Positions 25,090 to 37,186 of a stretch of 64,000 nt of DNA are shown in pieces. Within the stretch, counting starts at the first letter, position 1. Each line of letters begins with the position of its first letter. Below the pieces are notes generated by a model. That model had not been told where the DNA came from. It saw only the letters and a list, made by a program, of their open reading frames with translations, and searched no databases. Origin of the DNA: Mobula hypostoma (Eukaryota); NCBI RefSeq assembly GCF_963921235.1, contig NC_086097.1, positions 254,140,001-254,204,000 of the forward strand. The letters run 5' to 3'. Made by a program: the position numbers and the translations under genes.

Positions 25090-26975
25090 TATCGCAATGG
25101 AGTAAGGGGAATTGCAGAGGCGAGAGAGAGGAGCTTTCCCGGGTGGATTGGAGGAGGATGCTGGTGGGGATGACAGCAGAGCAGAGCTGGCTGAAGTTGC
25201 TGTGAATTGTTCACAAGGTGCAGGATAGATAAGTCTCACAGAAGAAGTTGCTCTCAACCGTAGGCAACCGTGGCTGACAAGGGAAGTTAAGGACTGCATA
25301 AAAGTCAAGGAAAGGGCATAGAAGGTAGCAAAAGTGAGTGGGAAGTTGGATGATCGGGAAACTTTTAAAATGCAACAAAAGGCAACTAAAAAGTCTAGAA
25401 GAAGGGAAAAGATGCAATATGAGACCAAACTAGCCAATAATATAAAGCAGGATACTAAAAGTTCTTTTTAGTTATATGAAGAGTAAAAGGGAGATGAGAG
25501 TTGATATTGGACCACTGGAAAGTGATGCTGGTGAGGTAGTAATGGGGGAGCAAAGAAATGGCAGATGAACTTAATGGGTATTTTGCATCAGTCTTCACTG
25601 TGGAAGATTCCAGCAGTGTGCCAGTGGACCACACAGAGGTCCATGTGTGTCAGGGAGCAGGACGTAGTGCTATTGCTATTACAAAGGAAAAAGTGCTTGG
25701 CAAACTCAGGTCTTAAGGTGGAAAAGTCACCTAGACCAGATGGACTACATCCCAGAGTCCTGAGAGTTGCTGAAGAGATAACGGATGCATTGGTCATGAT
25801 CTTTCAAGGATCACTTGATTCTGGCATGGTCCTGGAGGACTGGAAGATTGCAAATGTCATTCCACTCTTTAAGAAAGGAAGAAGACAAAAGAATGGAAAT
25901 TATAGGCTAGTTAGCCTAACCTCTGGTTGGGAAAGGGTTGGAGTCTATTATTAAGGATGAGGTTTTGGGGTACTTGGAGACTAGTGATAAAATAAGTCAA
26001 AGTCAGCATGGTTTCTGTAAAGGGAAATCTTGCCTGACAAATCTTGTTGGAGTTCTTTGAGGAAGTAACAAGCAGGGGGGTCAAAGGAGAGGCAGTGGAT
26101 GTCATTTACTTGGATTTTCAGAAAGTTTTTGATTAGGTGCAATCATGAGGCTGTTAACAAGATAAAATCCTATGGCGTTACAGAAAAGAGAATGGCATGG
26201 ATAGAGGAATGGCTGACAGGCAGGAGACAGCGAGTGGGAATAAAAGAGGCTTTTTCTGGTTGGCTGTCAGCGACTAGTGGTGTTTCCTCGGGTCAGTATT
26301 GGGGCGACTACGTTTCACATTGTTTGTCAGTGGTTTGGATAATGGAATTGGTTGCTTTGTGGCAAAGTTTGCGGATGCTACAAAGGTAGGTGGAGGGATA
26401 GGTGGCGCTGAGGAATCAATGCGATTCCAGCAGGACCTAGACAGTGGTTCTGGGCCCCACATCTTAGAAAGGATGTTGTCATTGGAAAGAGTGCAGAGGA
26501 GGTTCACGAGAATGATTCCAGGAATGAAGGGGTTAACATATAAGGAGAGAGTGGCAGTTTTGGGCCTGTTCTCACTGAAATTCGGAAGAGTGCATGGAGA
26601 TCTCATTGAAACCTACCGAATGTTGAAAGGACTAGACAGGGTGGATGTGGAGAGGATGTTTTCTATGGTGGAGGTATCCAGAACTAGAGGGCACAGTCTC
26701 AAAATTGAGGGGCGACGTTTCAGAACAGAGATAAGGAGGCATTTTTTTTAGCCGGAGAGTAGTGTATCTGTGGAATGCTCTGCCACAGACTGCGGTGGAG
26801 GTCAAATCCGAGGGTACATTTAAGGCTGAAGTTGATCATTTCGTGATTGGTCAGGGCAACAAAGGATATGTCGAGAAGGGAAGTGTATGGGGTTGAGTGG
26901 AATCTGGGATTAGCCGTGATAGAATGATGGAGCAGACTCAATGGGCTGAATGGCCTAATTCTGCTCCTATGTCTT
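25090..26975 (+). mobile_element. CR1 ORF2 fragment with internal deletion near 26445
   Basis: KSPRPDGLHPRVL, EDWKIANVIPLFKKG, KFADATK, RRFTRMIPG and CR1 3' UTR. Many frameshifts. Confidence 0.85.
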
Positions 26976-27336
26976 TCGGTGTTATCTACTATTATGACTT
27001 GCATGAAGATCTGATCACATTTTAGGCCATATTTAGAAAGAAATAGAGAAAATTCTTCAGAGTTCACAAATGTTCTCGCACCACTGTAGATAGGGTCAAT
27101 GCAAGCCGGCTTCTTCCAATGAGGTTGGATGAGACTAGAACTAGATGTCATAGGTTAAGAGTGAAAGGTGAAATGTGTAAGCGGAACATAAGGGGGAGCT
27201 TCTTCACTCTAGCGGGTGGTGAGAATGAGGAACGAGCTGTCAGCATAAGTGGTAGATGCAAACTGGATTTTAACGTTGGGTAGGTATGTGGATGGTAGGG
27301 GTTTGGAGGGCAATGATGCATATATGGGTCAATAGG

Positions 27337-27638
27337 CATCCGTTAGTCTCATGAGACCACAGATTTGCACCTTGAAAAGTTTCCAGGGCGCAGGCCTGGG
27401 TAAGGTTGTATGGAAGGCCAGCAGTTGCCCCTGCTGCAAGTCTCCCCTCTCCACGACACTGATGATTCTCCAAGGGAAGGGCATTAGGACCCATACAGCT
27501 TGGCACCAGTGTCGTCGCAGAGCAATGTGTGGTTAAGTACCTTGCTCAAGGACACACACACTGCCTCAGCCAAGGCTCGAACTAGAGACCTTCAGATCAC
27601 TAGATGAACGCCTTAACCACTTGGCCATATGCCAACAC
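27337..27638 (-). mobile_element. tRNA-derived SINE with RTE/Vingi-UTR-like body, inserted in a CR1 3' UTR
   Basis: Reverse strand shows A box TGGCCAAGTGG, B box GTTCGAGCC and central GTGTCCTTGAGCAAGG.ACTTAACC, then a block shared with the 15.7/35.6/58.1 kb repeats. ATATGGGTCAATAGG is duplicated at 27322-36 and 27648-62. Confidence 0.7.
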
Positions 27639-27844
27639 AATAGGTCAATATGGGTCAATAGGACTTGGCAAATTAATAGTTCGGCATTGACTAGATGGGC
27701 CAGAGGGCCTGTTTCTGTGCTGTAGTGTGCAATAATTCTATAAATCTGTAGGATCATTGTACTTTTTAAAATGATCCAATCACTTACAATGCTATTCCAA
27801 CTAATTCAGCATTAAATCAAGTCAACGTGTATTTTGATTTCAGT

Positions 27845-28605
27845 ATCAGAATCAGGTATATTATCTCCGGCATATTACGTGAAATTTGTTAATTTAGCAG
27901 CAGTTCAATGCAACACATAATCTAGCAGAGAGAGAAAATAATAATAATAAATAAAATAAAACATAATGAATAAACAAGTAAATCAATTAAGTCTATTGAA
28001 TAGATTTTTAAAAATGTGTAAAAACAGAAATACTGGATATTAAAAAAAGTGAGGTAGTGTCCAAAGCTTCAATATCCATTTAGGAATTGGATGGCAGAGG
28101 GGAAGAAGCTGTTCCTGAATCGCTGAATGTGTGCCTTCAGGCTTCTGTATCTCCTACCTGATGGTAACAGTGAGAAAAGGCCATGCCATGGGTGCTGGAG
28201 GTCATTAATATTTGACGCTGCCTTTCTGAGACACCGCTCCCTGAAGATGTCCTGAGTACTTTGTAGGCTCGTACCCAAGATGGAGCTGACTAGATTTACA
28301 AGCTTCTGCAGCTTCTTTCGGTCCTGTGCAGTAGCTCCTCCATACCAGACAGTGATGCAGCCTATCAGAATGCTCTCCACAGTACAACTATAGAAGTTTT
28401 TGAGTGTATAGCCACTGTCTTGCCTTCTTTGTGACCACATTGATATGTTAGGCCAAGTTAGGTCCTCAGAGATCGTGACATCCAGGAACTTGAAGCTGCT
28501 CACTCTCTCCACTTCTGATCCCTCTATGAGGATTGGTATGTGTTCCTTCGTCTTACCCTTCCTGAAGTCCACAATCAGCTCTTTCGTCTTACTGATGTTG
28601 AGTGA
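27845..28605 (-). mobile_element. Rex1/Babar-like LINE 3' fragment with 3' UTR
   Basis: KTKELIVDFRK..SFKFL..CTVESILIGCITVWYG..LLPSGRRYRSL..FRNSFFPSAI. Confidence 0.78.
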
Positions 28606-28759
28606 CATCAGAATTTGGTTTAATATCCATGGTATATGTTGTGAAATTGTAGTTTTGTGGCAGCAGCACATTGCAATACATATTTAAGTTAATTAGTGCA
28701 AAAAGAGAGGAAAAAATTATAATGTAGTGATGATGGAATGTCCGTTTTGAAATTTTCAT

Positions 28760-29005
28760 TTTATTTAGAGATACAACACAGAACAGGGCCTTCCGGCTCA
28801 ACGAGCTGCACCACCCAGCAACACACCTATCTCACCCTAGCTGAATCAGAAGACAATTTACAATGACCCAGTTAACCTGCCTTCGGAATGTGGGAGGAAA
28901 CCGGAGCACCTGGAGGAAACCCACATGTTAATGCGGAGGGCAAACTCCTTACAGAGGATACTGATCTCCAGTGCCCTGAGCTGCAATAGTGTCATGCTAA
29001 CTGCT
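28760..29005 (-). mobile_element. V-SINE/HE1-like SINE (other copies ~16690-16870, ~22780-22870, ~36170-36330, ~60420-60680)
   Basis: Shared tgtgggaggaaaccggagcacctggaggaaacccac block and acaggcccttc.ggccca tail block. Confidence 0.6.
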
Positions 29006-29008
29006 TAA

Positions 29009-31096
29009 TTGTTCATCCCAGTTTGGCAAAAGAATAAATCAAGGAAGGTAGTGCACCCGTGGCTGACAAGAGAAATTAGGGATAGTATCAATTCCAAAGA
29101 AGTAGCATACAAATTAGCCAGAGAAAGTGGCTCACCTGAGGACTGGGAGAAATTCAGAGTTCAGCAGAGGAGGACAAAGGGCTTAATTAGGAAGGGGAAA
29201 AAAGATTATGAGAGAAAACTGGCAGAGAACATAAAAACGGACTGTAAAAGCTTTTATAGATATGTAAAAAGGAAAAGACTGGTAAAGACAAATGTAGGTC
29301 CCCTGCAGACAGAAACAGGTGAATTGATTATGGGGAGCAAGGACATGGCAGACCAATTGAATAATTACTTTGGTTCTGTCTTCACTAAGGAGGACATAAA
29401 TAATCTTCCAGAAATAGTAAGGGACAGAGGGTCCAGTGAGATGGACGAACTGAGGGAAATACATGTTAGTAGGGAAGTGGTGTTAGGTAAATTGAAGGGA
29501 TTGAAGGCAGATAAATCCCCAGGGCCAGATGGTCTGCATCCTAGAGTGCTTAAGGAAGTAGCCCAAGAAATAGTGGATGCATTAGTGATAATTTTTCAAA
29601 ATTCGTTAGATTCTGGACTAGTTCCTGAGGATTGGAGGGTGGCTAATGTAACCCCAATTTTTAAAAAAGGAGGGAGAGAGAAACCGGGGAATTATAGACC
29701 GGTTAGCCTAACGTCGGTGATGGGGAAACTGCTGGAGTCAGTTATCAAGGATGTGATAACAGCACATTTGGAAAGCGGTGAAATGATCGGACAAAGTCAG
29801 CATGGATTTGTGAAAGGAAAATCATGTCTGACGAATCTCATAGAATTTTTTGAGGATGTAACTAGTAGAGTGGATAGGGGAGAACCAGTGGATGTGGTAT
29901 ATTTGGATTTTCAAAAGGCTTTTGACAAGGTCCCACACAGGAGATTAGTGTGCAAACTTAAAGCACACGGTATTGGGGGTAAGGTACTGGTGTGGGTGGA
30001 GAATTGGTTAGCAGACAGGAAGCAAAGAGTGGGAATAAACGGGACCTTTTCAGAATGGCAGGCGGTGACTAGTGGGGTACCGCAAGGCTCAGTGCTGGGA
30101 CCCCAGTTGTTTACAATATATATTAATGACTTGGATGAGGGAATTAAATGCAGCATCTCCAAGTTTGCGGATGACACGAAGCTGGGCGGCAGTGTTAGCA
30201 GTGAGGAGGATGCTAAGAGGATGCAGGGTGACTTGGATAGGTTGGGTGAGTGGGCAAACTCATGGCAGATGCAATTTAATGTGGATAAATGTGAAGTTAT
30301 CCACTTTGGTGGCAAAAATAGGAAAACAGATTATTATCTGAATGGTGGCCGATTAGGAAAAGGGGAGGTGCAACGAGACCTGGGTGTCATTATACACCAG
30401 TCATTGAAAGTGGGCATGCAGGTACAGCAGGTGGTGAAAAAGGCGAATGGTATGCTGGCATTTATAGCGAGAGGATTCAAGTACAGGAGCAGGGAGGTAC
30501 TACTGCAGTTGTACAAGGCCTTGGTGAGACCACACCTGGAGTATTGTGTGCAGTTTTGGTCCCCTAATCTGAGGAAAGACATCTTTGCCATAGAGGGAGT
30601 ACAAAGAAGGTTCACCAGATTGATTCCTGGGATGGCAGGACTTTCATATGAAGAAAGACTGGATGAACTGGGCTTGTACTCGTTGGAATTTAGAAGATTG
30701 AGGGGGGATCTGATTGAAACGTATAAGATCCTAAAGGGATTGGACAGGCTAGATGCAGGAAGATTGTTCCCGATGTTGGGGAAGTCCAGAACGAGGGGTC
30801 ACAGTTTGAGGATAGAGGGGAAGCCTCTTAGGACCGAGATTAGGAAAAACTTCTTCACACAGAGAGTGGTGAATCTGTGGAATTCTCTGCCACAGCAAAC
30901 TGTTGAGGCCAGTTCATTGGCTATGTTTAAGAGGGAGTTAGATATGGCCCTTGTGGCTACAGGGGCCAGGGGGTATGGAGGGAAGGCTGGGGTGGGGTTC
31001 TGAGGTGGATGATCAGCCATGATCATAATAAATGGCGGTGCAGGCTCGAAGGGCCGAATGGCCTACTCCTGCACCTATTTTCTATGTTTCTATGTT
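29009..31096 (+). mobile_element. Young 5'-truncated CR1 LINE with uninterrupted 664-codon ORF2 (RT and C-terminus, no endonuclease)
   Basis: Open frame 29009-31003 with KSPGPDG, GNYRPVSLTS, LDFQKAFDKV, GVPQGSVLGP, KFADDTK and RPHLEYC. (TTTCTATG)n tail. The TTG start is the truncation point rather than a true initiation codon. Confidence 0.95.
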
Positions 31097-31310
31097 TAAT
31101 ATGTGTGTTCAGGCTCCTGTGATAGGGGTCCGTAATGACAGGTGCCGCCTTTTTGAGGCATTGCCTTTTGTGGGTGTCTTTGATGCTGGGAGGTTTATGC
31201 CCATGATGGATCTGGCAGAGTTTACAACTTCCTACAGCTTTTTCTGATCCTGTTGAGAGTTCCCCACCCCCATACCAGACGGTGATGCAGCCAGTTAGAA
31301 TGCGCTCCAC

Positions 31311-31488
31311 TTACGGAAAAGAGTATAGTCGGTGTTTCGGGCCGAGACCAATCCGCAGTCCTGCCGAAAGGTCTTGGCCCGAAACGTCAACTGTATTATT
31401 TTCCACAGATGCTACCTGGCCTGCTGAGTTTCTCCAGCATTTTGTGTGTATTGCTTGGATTTCCAGCATCTGGAGATTTTTTAATGTT
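31311..31488. mobile_element. Older fold-back PLE-pLTR mini-insertion with degenerate hammerhead, inside a Rex/Babar-like fragment
   Basis: ggaaaagagtatagtcggtgtttcgggccgagacc pairs imperfectly with ggtcttggcccgaaacgtcaactgtattattttcc. Core reads CTGCCGA..GAAACGTC. Flanks are agaatgcgctccac / agaatgctcaccac. Confidence 0.65.
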
Positions 31489-32411
31489 TGAGAATGCTCA
31501 CCACAGTACATCTATAGAAGTTTGTTTAAAATGAACCTGGAAAAACGCCTAACCAAGTTCTAGTAATTGTGACAGAGTTTAGTGCATTGATTCCATAAGG
31601 AAGTTTGAGGCACGCCTATATATAATATCTAGGACCTAGGAGCACAAATTTGTCATTGCACCGTTATCTTCTTCTGAGAGATATTCTGTTGCATAAAATC
31701 TTCATTTTCTCTTTAGGGAATATTTTGAAAGTCTTGTAATGCTTAAATTGGAGCAATATTTTGAAATTTCAATGTTGTATGAAAATCCTGCATGCAGAAG
31801 TCTACTTGTAACAAATAAGGGAGGTATTTCCTCTCTTTTACCAATGTTTACGTCAGCAACACACATAAAATTTTGGAGGAACTCAGCAGATCAGGCAGTA
31901 TCTATGGACATGAAAAAAGGAGTCAAAGTTGTGGGCTGATACCCTTCATCAGGACTGGAAAGGAAGGAGGAAGAAGCCAGAATCAGTAGGAGGGAGGGGG
32001 GAGGGGAAGGAGGACAAGCTGGCAGGTGAGAGGTGGGGAAGGGGGTGAAGTGAGAAGCTGATGATGAATGATGTTGTGCTGACCTTTTAACCTACTCCAA
32101 GATCAGTCGAACCCCTCCCTCCTACATAGCCCTTCATTGTGCCGATTTAAGTTTCTTAAATGTTCCTAGTGTATCTGCCTCTACCACCACCTCTGGCAGG
32201 ATGTTCCACACACCCACCACTCTGTAAACAACGTACCGTAAAACCATAAGATATACCACATTTCTTAAAATTTGTATTAAGTGCATGCAGTGTCACTGGT
32301 AAACTGCAAGTTCTAAACCTTTCTTGTTATAATTTGCATCTGCCTGTTATAACCATGTGGGGGGGCTACAGTGCAAGGGATGTACATTTTCATACGCTTC
32401 CTCTGTTTCAG

Positions 32412-32460
32412 TATGAATCAGGCAGCTTCTTCTGGGCAGTGACACATGTTACTTGTGCTG
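32412..32460 (+). CDS. TMEM241: TMEM241 exon (49 nt), YESGSFFWAVTHVTCA(G)
   Basis: ctctgtttcAG acceptor and CTG|GTAAGT donor. Phase 0/1. Matches recalled human FNPDGYFWAIIHLLCVG. Confidence 0.9.
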
Positions 32461-32749
32461 GTAAGTGAAATAATTTTACCACATATGATCAGTTTGTTTT
32501 CATCTCGTGTTCTTGATGTTTATGGCTTATTTATTATTGTTCTGTTTTGTTTCTATGTATGTACTGTGAATGGCCACAAGAAAATGAATCTCAAGATTGT
32601 ATATGGTGACATGTATGCACTTTTGATAATAAATTTTCTTTGAACTTTTTGAACTTATATTAGTGACAGGTTGCAGTTTGGTTGTTTGTCAGTTTTTGTT
32701 TGTGGTGTTTTTCATTGATTCCATTGTACTTCTTTGCTGTAATGTGAAT

Positions 32750-34765
32750 GCCCGCAGGAGCAGAATTAAGCCGTTCAGCCCATCCATTCTGCTTCACCAT
32801 TCTGTCATGGCTGATGTATTATTCACTGTCCTCTGGATAAAGAAATTACTCCCCATCTCTGTTCTAAATGGGCGTCCCTCTATCCTGAGGCTGAGTCCTT
32901 CGGTCCTAAACTCCCCACCATAGGAAATATCCTCTCCACATCCACTACCTTATTTGTTAACCTTTTTTTGCCAGAATCATTCTTGTGAACCATCTCTGGA
33001 CCCTCTCTGATACCAGCTTATCTTCTAATGAATAAGGAACCCAAAACTGCTCAGTGTACTCCAAGTGAGGCCTCACCAATGCCTTATAAAGCTTCAACAT
33101 TGCATCCTTGCTTTTATATTCTAGTCCTCTTGAAATGAATGGTAACATCGCATTTGCCTTCCTCAACACAGACTCAACCTGCAAATTAACCTTCAGGGAA
33201 TCCTCAACAAGGACTCCCAAGTCCCTTTGTGCCTCCAATTTTTGAATATTCTCCCCACTTAGAAAATAGTCTGTCTGTTTATTCATTCTACCAAAGCGCA
33301 TGACCATACACATGGCTAATTGTTTGCCCATTCTCTTAATCTGTCTGAGTCCTTCTGCAGACACCCTGCTCCCCAGCACTATCTGCCCCTCCGCCTATCT
33401 TTTCACCGTCTGCAAACTTGGCCACAAAGCCATCAATTCTGTCATCCAGATAATTGACATATAACATGAAAAGAAGTGGTCCCCACACTGACCCCTGTGG
33501 AACACCACTAGTCATTAGTAGCCAACCAGTAACCCCTGCAGAACACCACTAGTCATTAGTAGCCAACCAGTATTTGCTACCTTTATTCTGACCCACTGAC
33601 CCTCCTGCCACTCAGCCTATCTTCTATCCATGCTGGTAACGTTCCTGTAATACCATGAGCCCTTGTTAAACAGCCTCATGTGCAGCAAAGTTTATGGGGA
33701 GAAGGCCGGGAACTCGGGTTGAGGAGGAGATAGAAACAAAAGGATCAGCCATGATTGAATGGCGGAGTAGACTTGATGGGCCAGATGGCCTAATTCTGCT
33801 CCTATGTCTCATGGTCTTATGATTCTTGAAAGATCATTACTAATGCAGCTACAATCTGTTTAGCTTCCTCTTTCAGAATGCTGGGTTGTTCTGGTCTTTC
33901 TGGTCAAGTGACTCATCTACCTTCAGACCATTCAGTGCTTCCAAGTACCTTCTCTTTAGTAATAGCAACTACACTCAGCTGGCCCCCTAACATTCGAATT
34001 TCTGACATACTAGTTGCGTCTTCCACAGTGAAGACCTTGTTCATTTTGTCCACCATTTCCTTGTCCCTCATTACTATCTCTGCATCATCGTTTTCTAGTG
34101 GTCCGACACTCTTGCCTCTCTTTTACTCTTTACATATCTGAAAAAGCTTTTAGTAGAATTTTTGATATAATTGAGCAGCATGAAGATATGTCATCTTTTC
34201 CCTCCTTATGGCTTTTTTAGTTTCCTTCTATTGGTTTTTAAAAGCTTCCCAATCGGCTGACTTCCCACTAATTTTTGCTATATTATTTGCCCCTTTTTTC
34301 TTTTATGCTGTCTTTGACTTCCCTTGTAACATCAGTAATAAAGAATATATCTGCTAATGACACACAAAATGCTGGAGCAGCTCAGAGGAATTAACAGTTG
34401 ATGTTTCGGTTTGAGATTTTTCAACTCGGCATTTTGTGGATGTTATAACATAAGAATGTAAGAAATAGGAGCAGGAGTCGGCTATCTGGCCCGTTGACCC
34501 TGTTCCACCATTCAATAAGATCATGGCTGACGTGGCCATAGACTCATCTCCACCTACCTCCCTTTTCGCCATAACCCTTAATTTCCCTACTATGCAAAAA
34601 TCTATCCAACCTTGTCTTAAATATGTTTACTGAGGTAGCCTCCACTGCTTCATTGGGCAGAGAATTCCACAGATTCACCACTCTCTGGAAAAAGCAGTTC
34701 CTCCTCATCTTCATCCTAAATCTATTCCCCCAAATCTTGAGGCAATGTCCCCTAGTTCTCATTTT
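32750..34765 (-). mobile_element. Cluster of decayed CR1 fragments (mostly minus; short + 3' end at ~33690-33820; solo pLTR remnant at ~34355-34420)
   Basis: LKLYKALVRPHLEY, TRGHCLKIWG..FFQRVVNLWNSLP and CR1 3' UTRs. Confidence 0.75.
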
Positions 34766-34829
34766 TACAATTAGATATTTGTATTAACAAGCAGGTGTAC
34801 TGGTGTACCTAATAAAGTGAGTGTATAGG

Positions 34830-35200
34830 TCATAGTCATACTTTATTGATCCCGAGGAAAATTGGCTTTCGTTACAGTTGCACCAACCAAGAATAGAGTA
34901 TAAATATAGCAATATAAAACCATAAATAATTAAATAGTAATATGTAAATTATGCCAGGAAATAAGTCCAGGACCAGCCTATTGGCTCAGGGTGTCTGACC
35001 CTCCAAGGGAGGAGTTGTAAAGTTTGATGGCCACAGGCAGGAATGACTTCCTATGACGCTCTGTGCTGCATCTCAGAGGAATGAGTCTCTGGCTGAATGT
35101 ACTCCTGTGCCCAACCAGTACATTATGTAGTGGATGGGAGACATTGTCCAAGATGGCATGCAACTTGGACAGCATCCTCTTTTCAGACACCACCGTCAGA
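34830..35200 (-). mobile_element. Rex1/Babar-like LINE 3' end (different subfamily)
   Basis: MLSKLHAILDNVSHPLH..RLIPLRCSTERHRKSFLPVAIKLYN, then AATAAA and an (ATGACT)-like tail. Confidence 0.7.
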
Positions 35201-36414
35201 GAGTATAATGAGGATATACTGCATCTTGTGGGAGGAGAATTAATCTTCATAGAGTCTGTGCAAATCAGATTAGCCAAAGTAGTTTGACAGAGGAGTTTAT
35301 GAAGTCATTTGAATTTTTTTTTGTGAAGTATGTCAAGGCATCACGAGGAACAAGTTATTTTTAACCTATCGTATATTCAAACAAGGGTAATTAGTAAATG
35401 ATCCTCTAGGGCAACATCAGAAGATAATTTCAGATTAAGATTGAATGATATCATTCAGCTCAAAATTAGGTTGTTTCACTTAATCAAAGTTAATTGCTCT
35501 TAGATTCAGAATCTCAACCTGGAACCTTCCCACCTCTGTAGCCCTTGGTTGGTTGGGGTTGACCGTGAATGTTGCGTCCTAGCTGTCAAAGTCAATGTGC
35601 AAGCCAGAACAAGCTTTGCCCAGGCAGCAGGTTCCCCTTTCTCTACGCAGCTGATAAATCCAAAGGAATGGCAGAGACCGATGCCGTTTGGCTCCAGTGG
35701 CATTGCAGGAGTTGCCAGTCAACAATGTAGGAATGTCTTAGGGCCTCCAGCTATGGATTTTTCCCTCTGGGCTTACTCCCAAAGCCTCCTGCATGAGTGA
35801 ATGTAGCCGCAAGGTAGCAGAGGTTTGAGATCGGAGTTCGCCTTCACTGAGGAACTGCCAATCACAGCTGACGAACCCCACCTGCCCGAAGTGACTGGTT
35901 TTAAGGCACCAGTGACCCACCTTTGCCCCTTCTCCTGTCAGTAGAAATGACTCCGCCGGGCTTGATAACTAAGTCACAAGTGAAGGCCAAGAGTGGACTT
36001 GATTTTCAGAGCTCTTTGAGACACATGCTATGGGGAGCTTTTAATAGATGGTGGGACCTTATCCCCACTGCTCCCCTCCCCTATTACAACCTTAAAGAAC
36101 CTCTATGACCCTCCAAGGTATTAAAGATGGGCCTCTTTAATTCAGTTGCTTGATCATCCCTGAATTTATCTTTTTAGAGATACAGCACAGTAACAGGCCC
36201 CTCTGGCCCAGCGGCTCAATTACACACGTGTGACCAATTAACCCACTAACCGGTACGACTTTGGAATGTGCAATGAGACTGGAGCGCTCAGAGAGAACCC
36301 CTGCATCACAGGGGTAACATGCAAACTCCACTTTCTAAACCTGTATGACAGCTGGGCCTCTCCATATTTTTAGGATGTTGGTTAAAATCTACAACCGATT
36401 GGTTATCTGCCCCA

Positions 36415-37122
36415 GTATTTGTTGGGCATTGTCGAGCACCTTCACTCCATCTCCCAAAACAGGCAGGATTTCCAGGTCGCCACACATTTAATTCCCATTC
36501 CCATTCCGACATGTTGGTCCATGGCCTCTACTACCACGATGAGGCTGCTGTCAGGATTTCCCGGTCGCCACACATTTAATTCCCATTCCCATTACGACAC
36601 GTTGGTTCATGGCCTTCTCTACTACCATGATGAGGCTGCTCTCGGGCTGGAGGGGAACACCTTATACTCTACTTCCAACCCTTCAGCATCAACACTGACT
36701 TCTTGACTTTCGGTAATTTCTACCCCCTCCTCCTTCTCTTTTTACATTCCCTATTATGACTCCCCTCTTACCCTTTCTTTTCTCCTCATCTGCCCGTACC
36801 TCCCTCTGGTTCCTCTCCTTATTTCTCCCATGATCAGTCCACTGTCCACTTCTATCAGATTCCTTTGGTCATTTTCCACCTATCACCTCCCACTTTCTTA
36901 CTTCATCCCCCCTCCTTGACCCCAACCACCCATCTTCCCCCTCACCTGGTGTCATTAATCACCTCCCAGCTTGTACTCCTTCCCTCACCCCACCTCTTGT
37001 TCTCATTTCTGCCTTTTCCTTCCCCTCAATTCCAGTGCCGTAAGGAGCCTTGGCCCAAAAACATCAACACTTTATTCCTCTGACCTGCTAAGTTCCACTA
37101 GCATCTGCAGAATCACTTGTGT
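36415..37122 (+). mobile_element. Old Penelope-like 3' fragment (GIY-YIG end + pLTR) with internal tandem duplication
   Basis: EHLHSISQNRQDFQVATH and LVHGLLYYHDEA. caggatttcc.ggtcgccacacatttaattcccattcc occurs twice. Pyrimidine-rich pLTR. Confidence 0.7.
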
Positions 37123-37186
37123 TGCACGCCCTGTTTGACAAACTTACTGGAGTTCTTTGAGGGTAGAACCAGCCCAGTGGATAAAA

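Noticed and set aside
25011..25090. U12-like branch sequence TTTCCTTAAC and pyrimidine tract ending in ttacAG
   Set aside because: No matching U12 donor, the downstream sequence is CR1, and the exon chain is already in frame without it.
27560..27638. tRNA gene (A and B boxes)
   Set aside because: It continues into a SINE body with flanking duplication, and no complete cloverleaf is evident. It is a SINE head.
29183..30615. Antisense ORFs also seen at 44622-45326
   Set aside because: Shadow frames of CR1 ORF2. They recur only because the two copies are nearly identical.
29009..31003. Stand-alone host RT gene or retron-like system
   Set aside because: CR1 ORF2 motifs, CR1 3' UTR and tail, 5' truncation, and many paralogous fragments in the window.
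31855..32060. Additional minus-strand hammerhead in a solo pLTR remnant
   Set aside because: CUGAUGA is present but the GAAA box and cleavage triplet are lost, so it is not called as a ribozyme.
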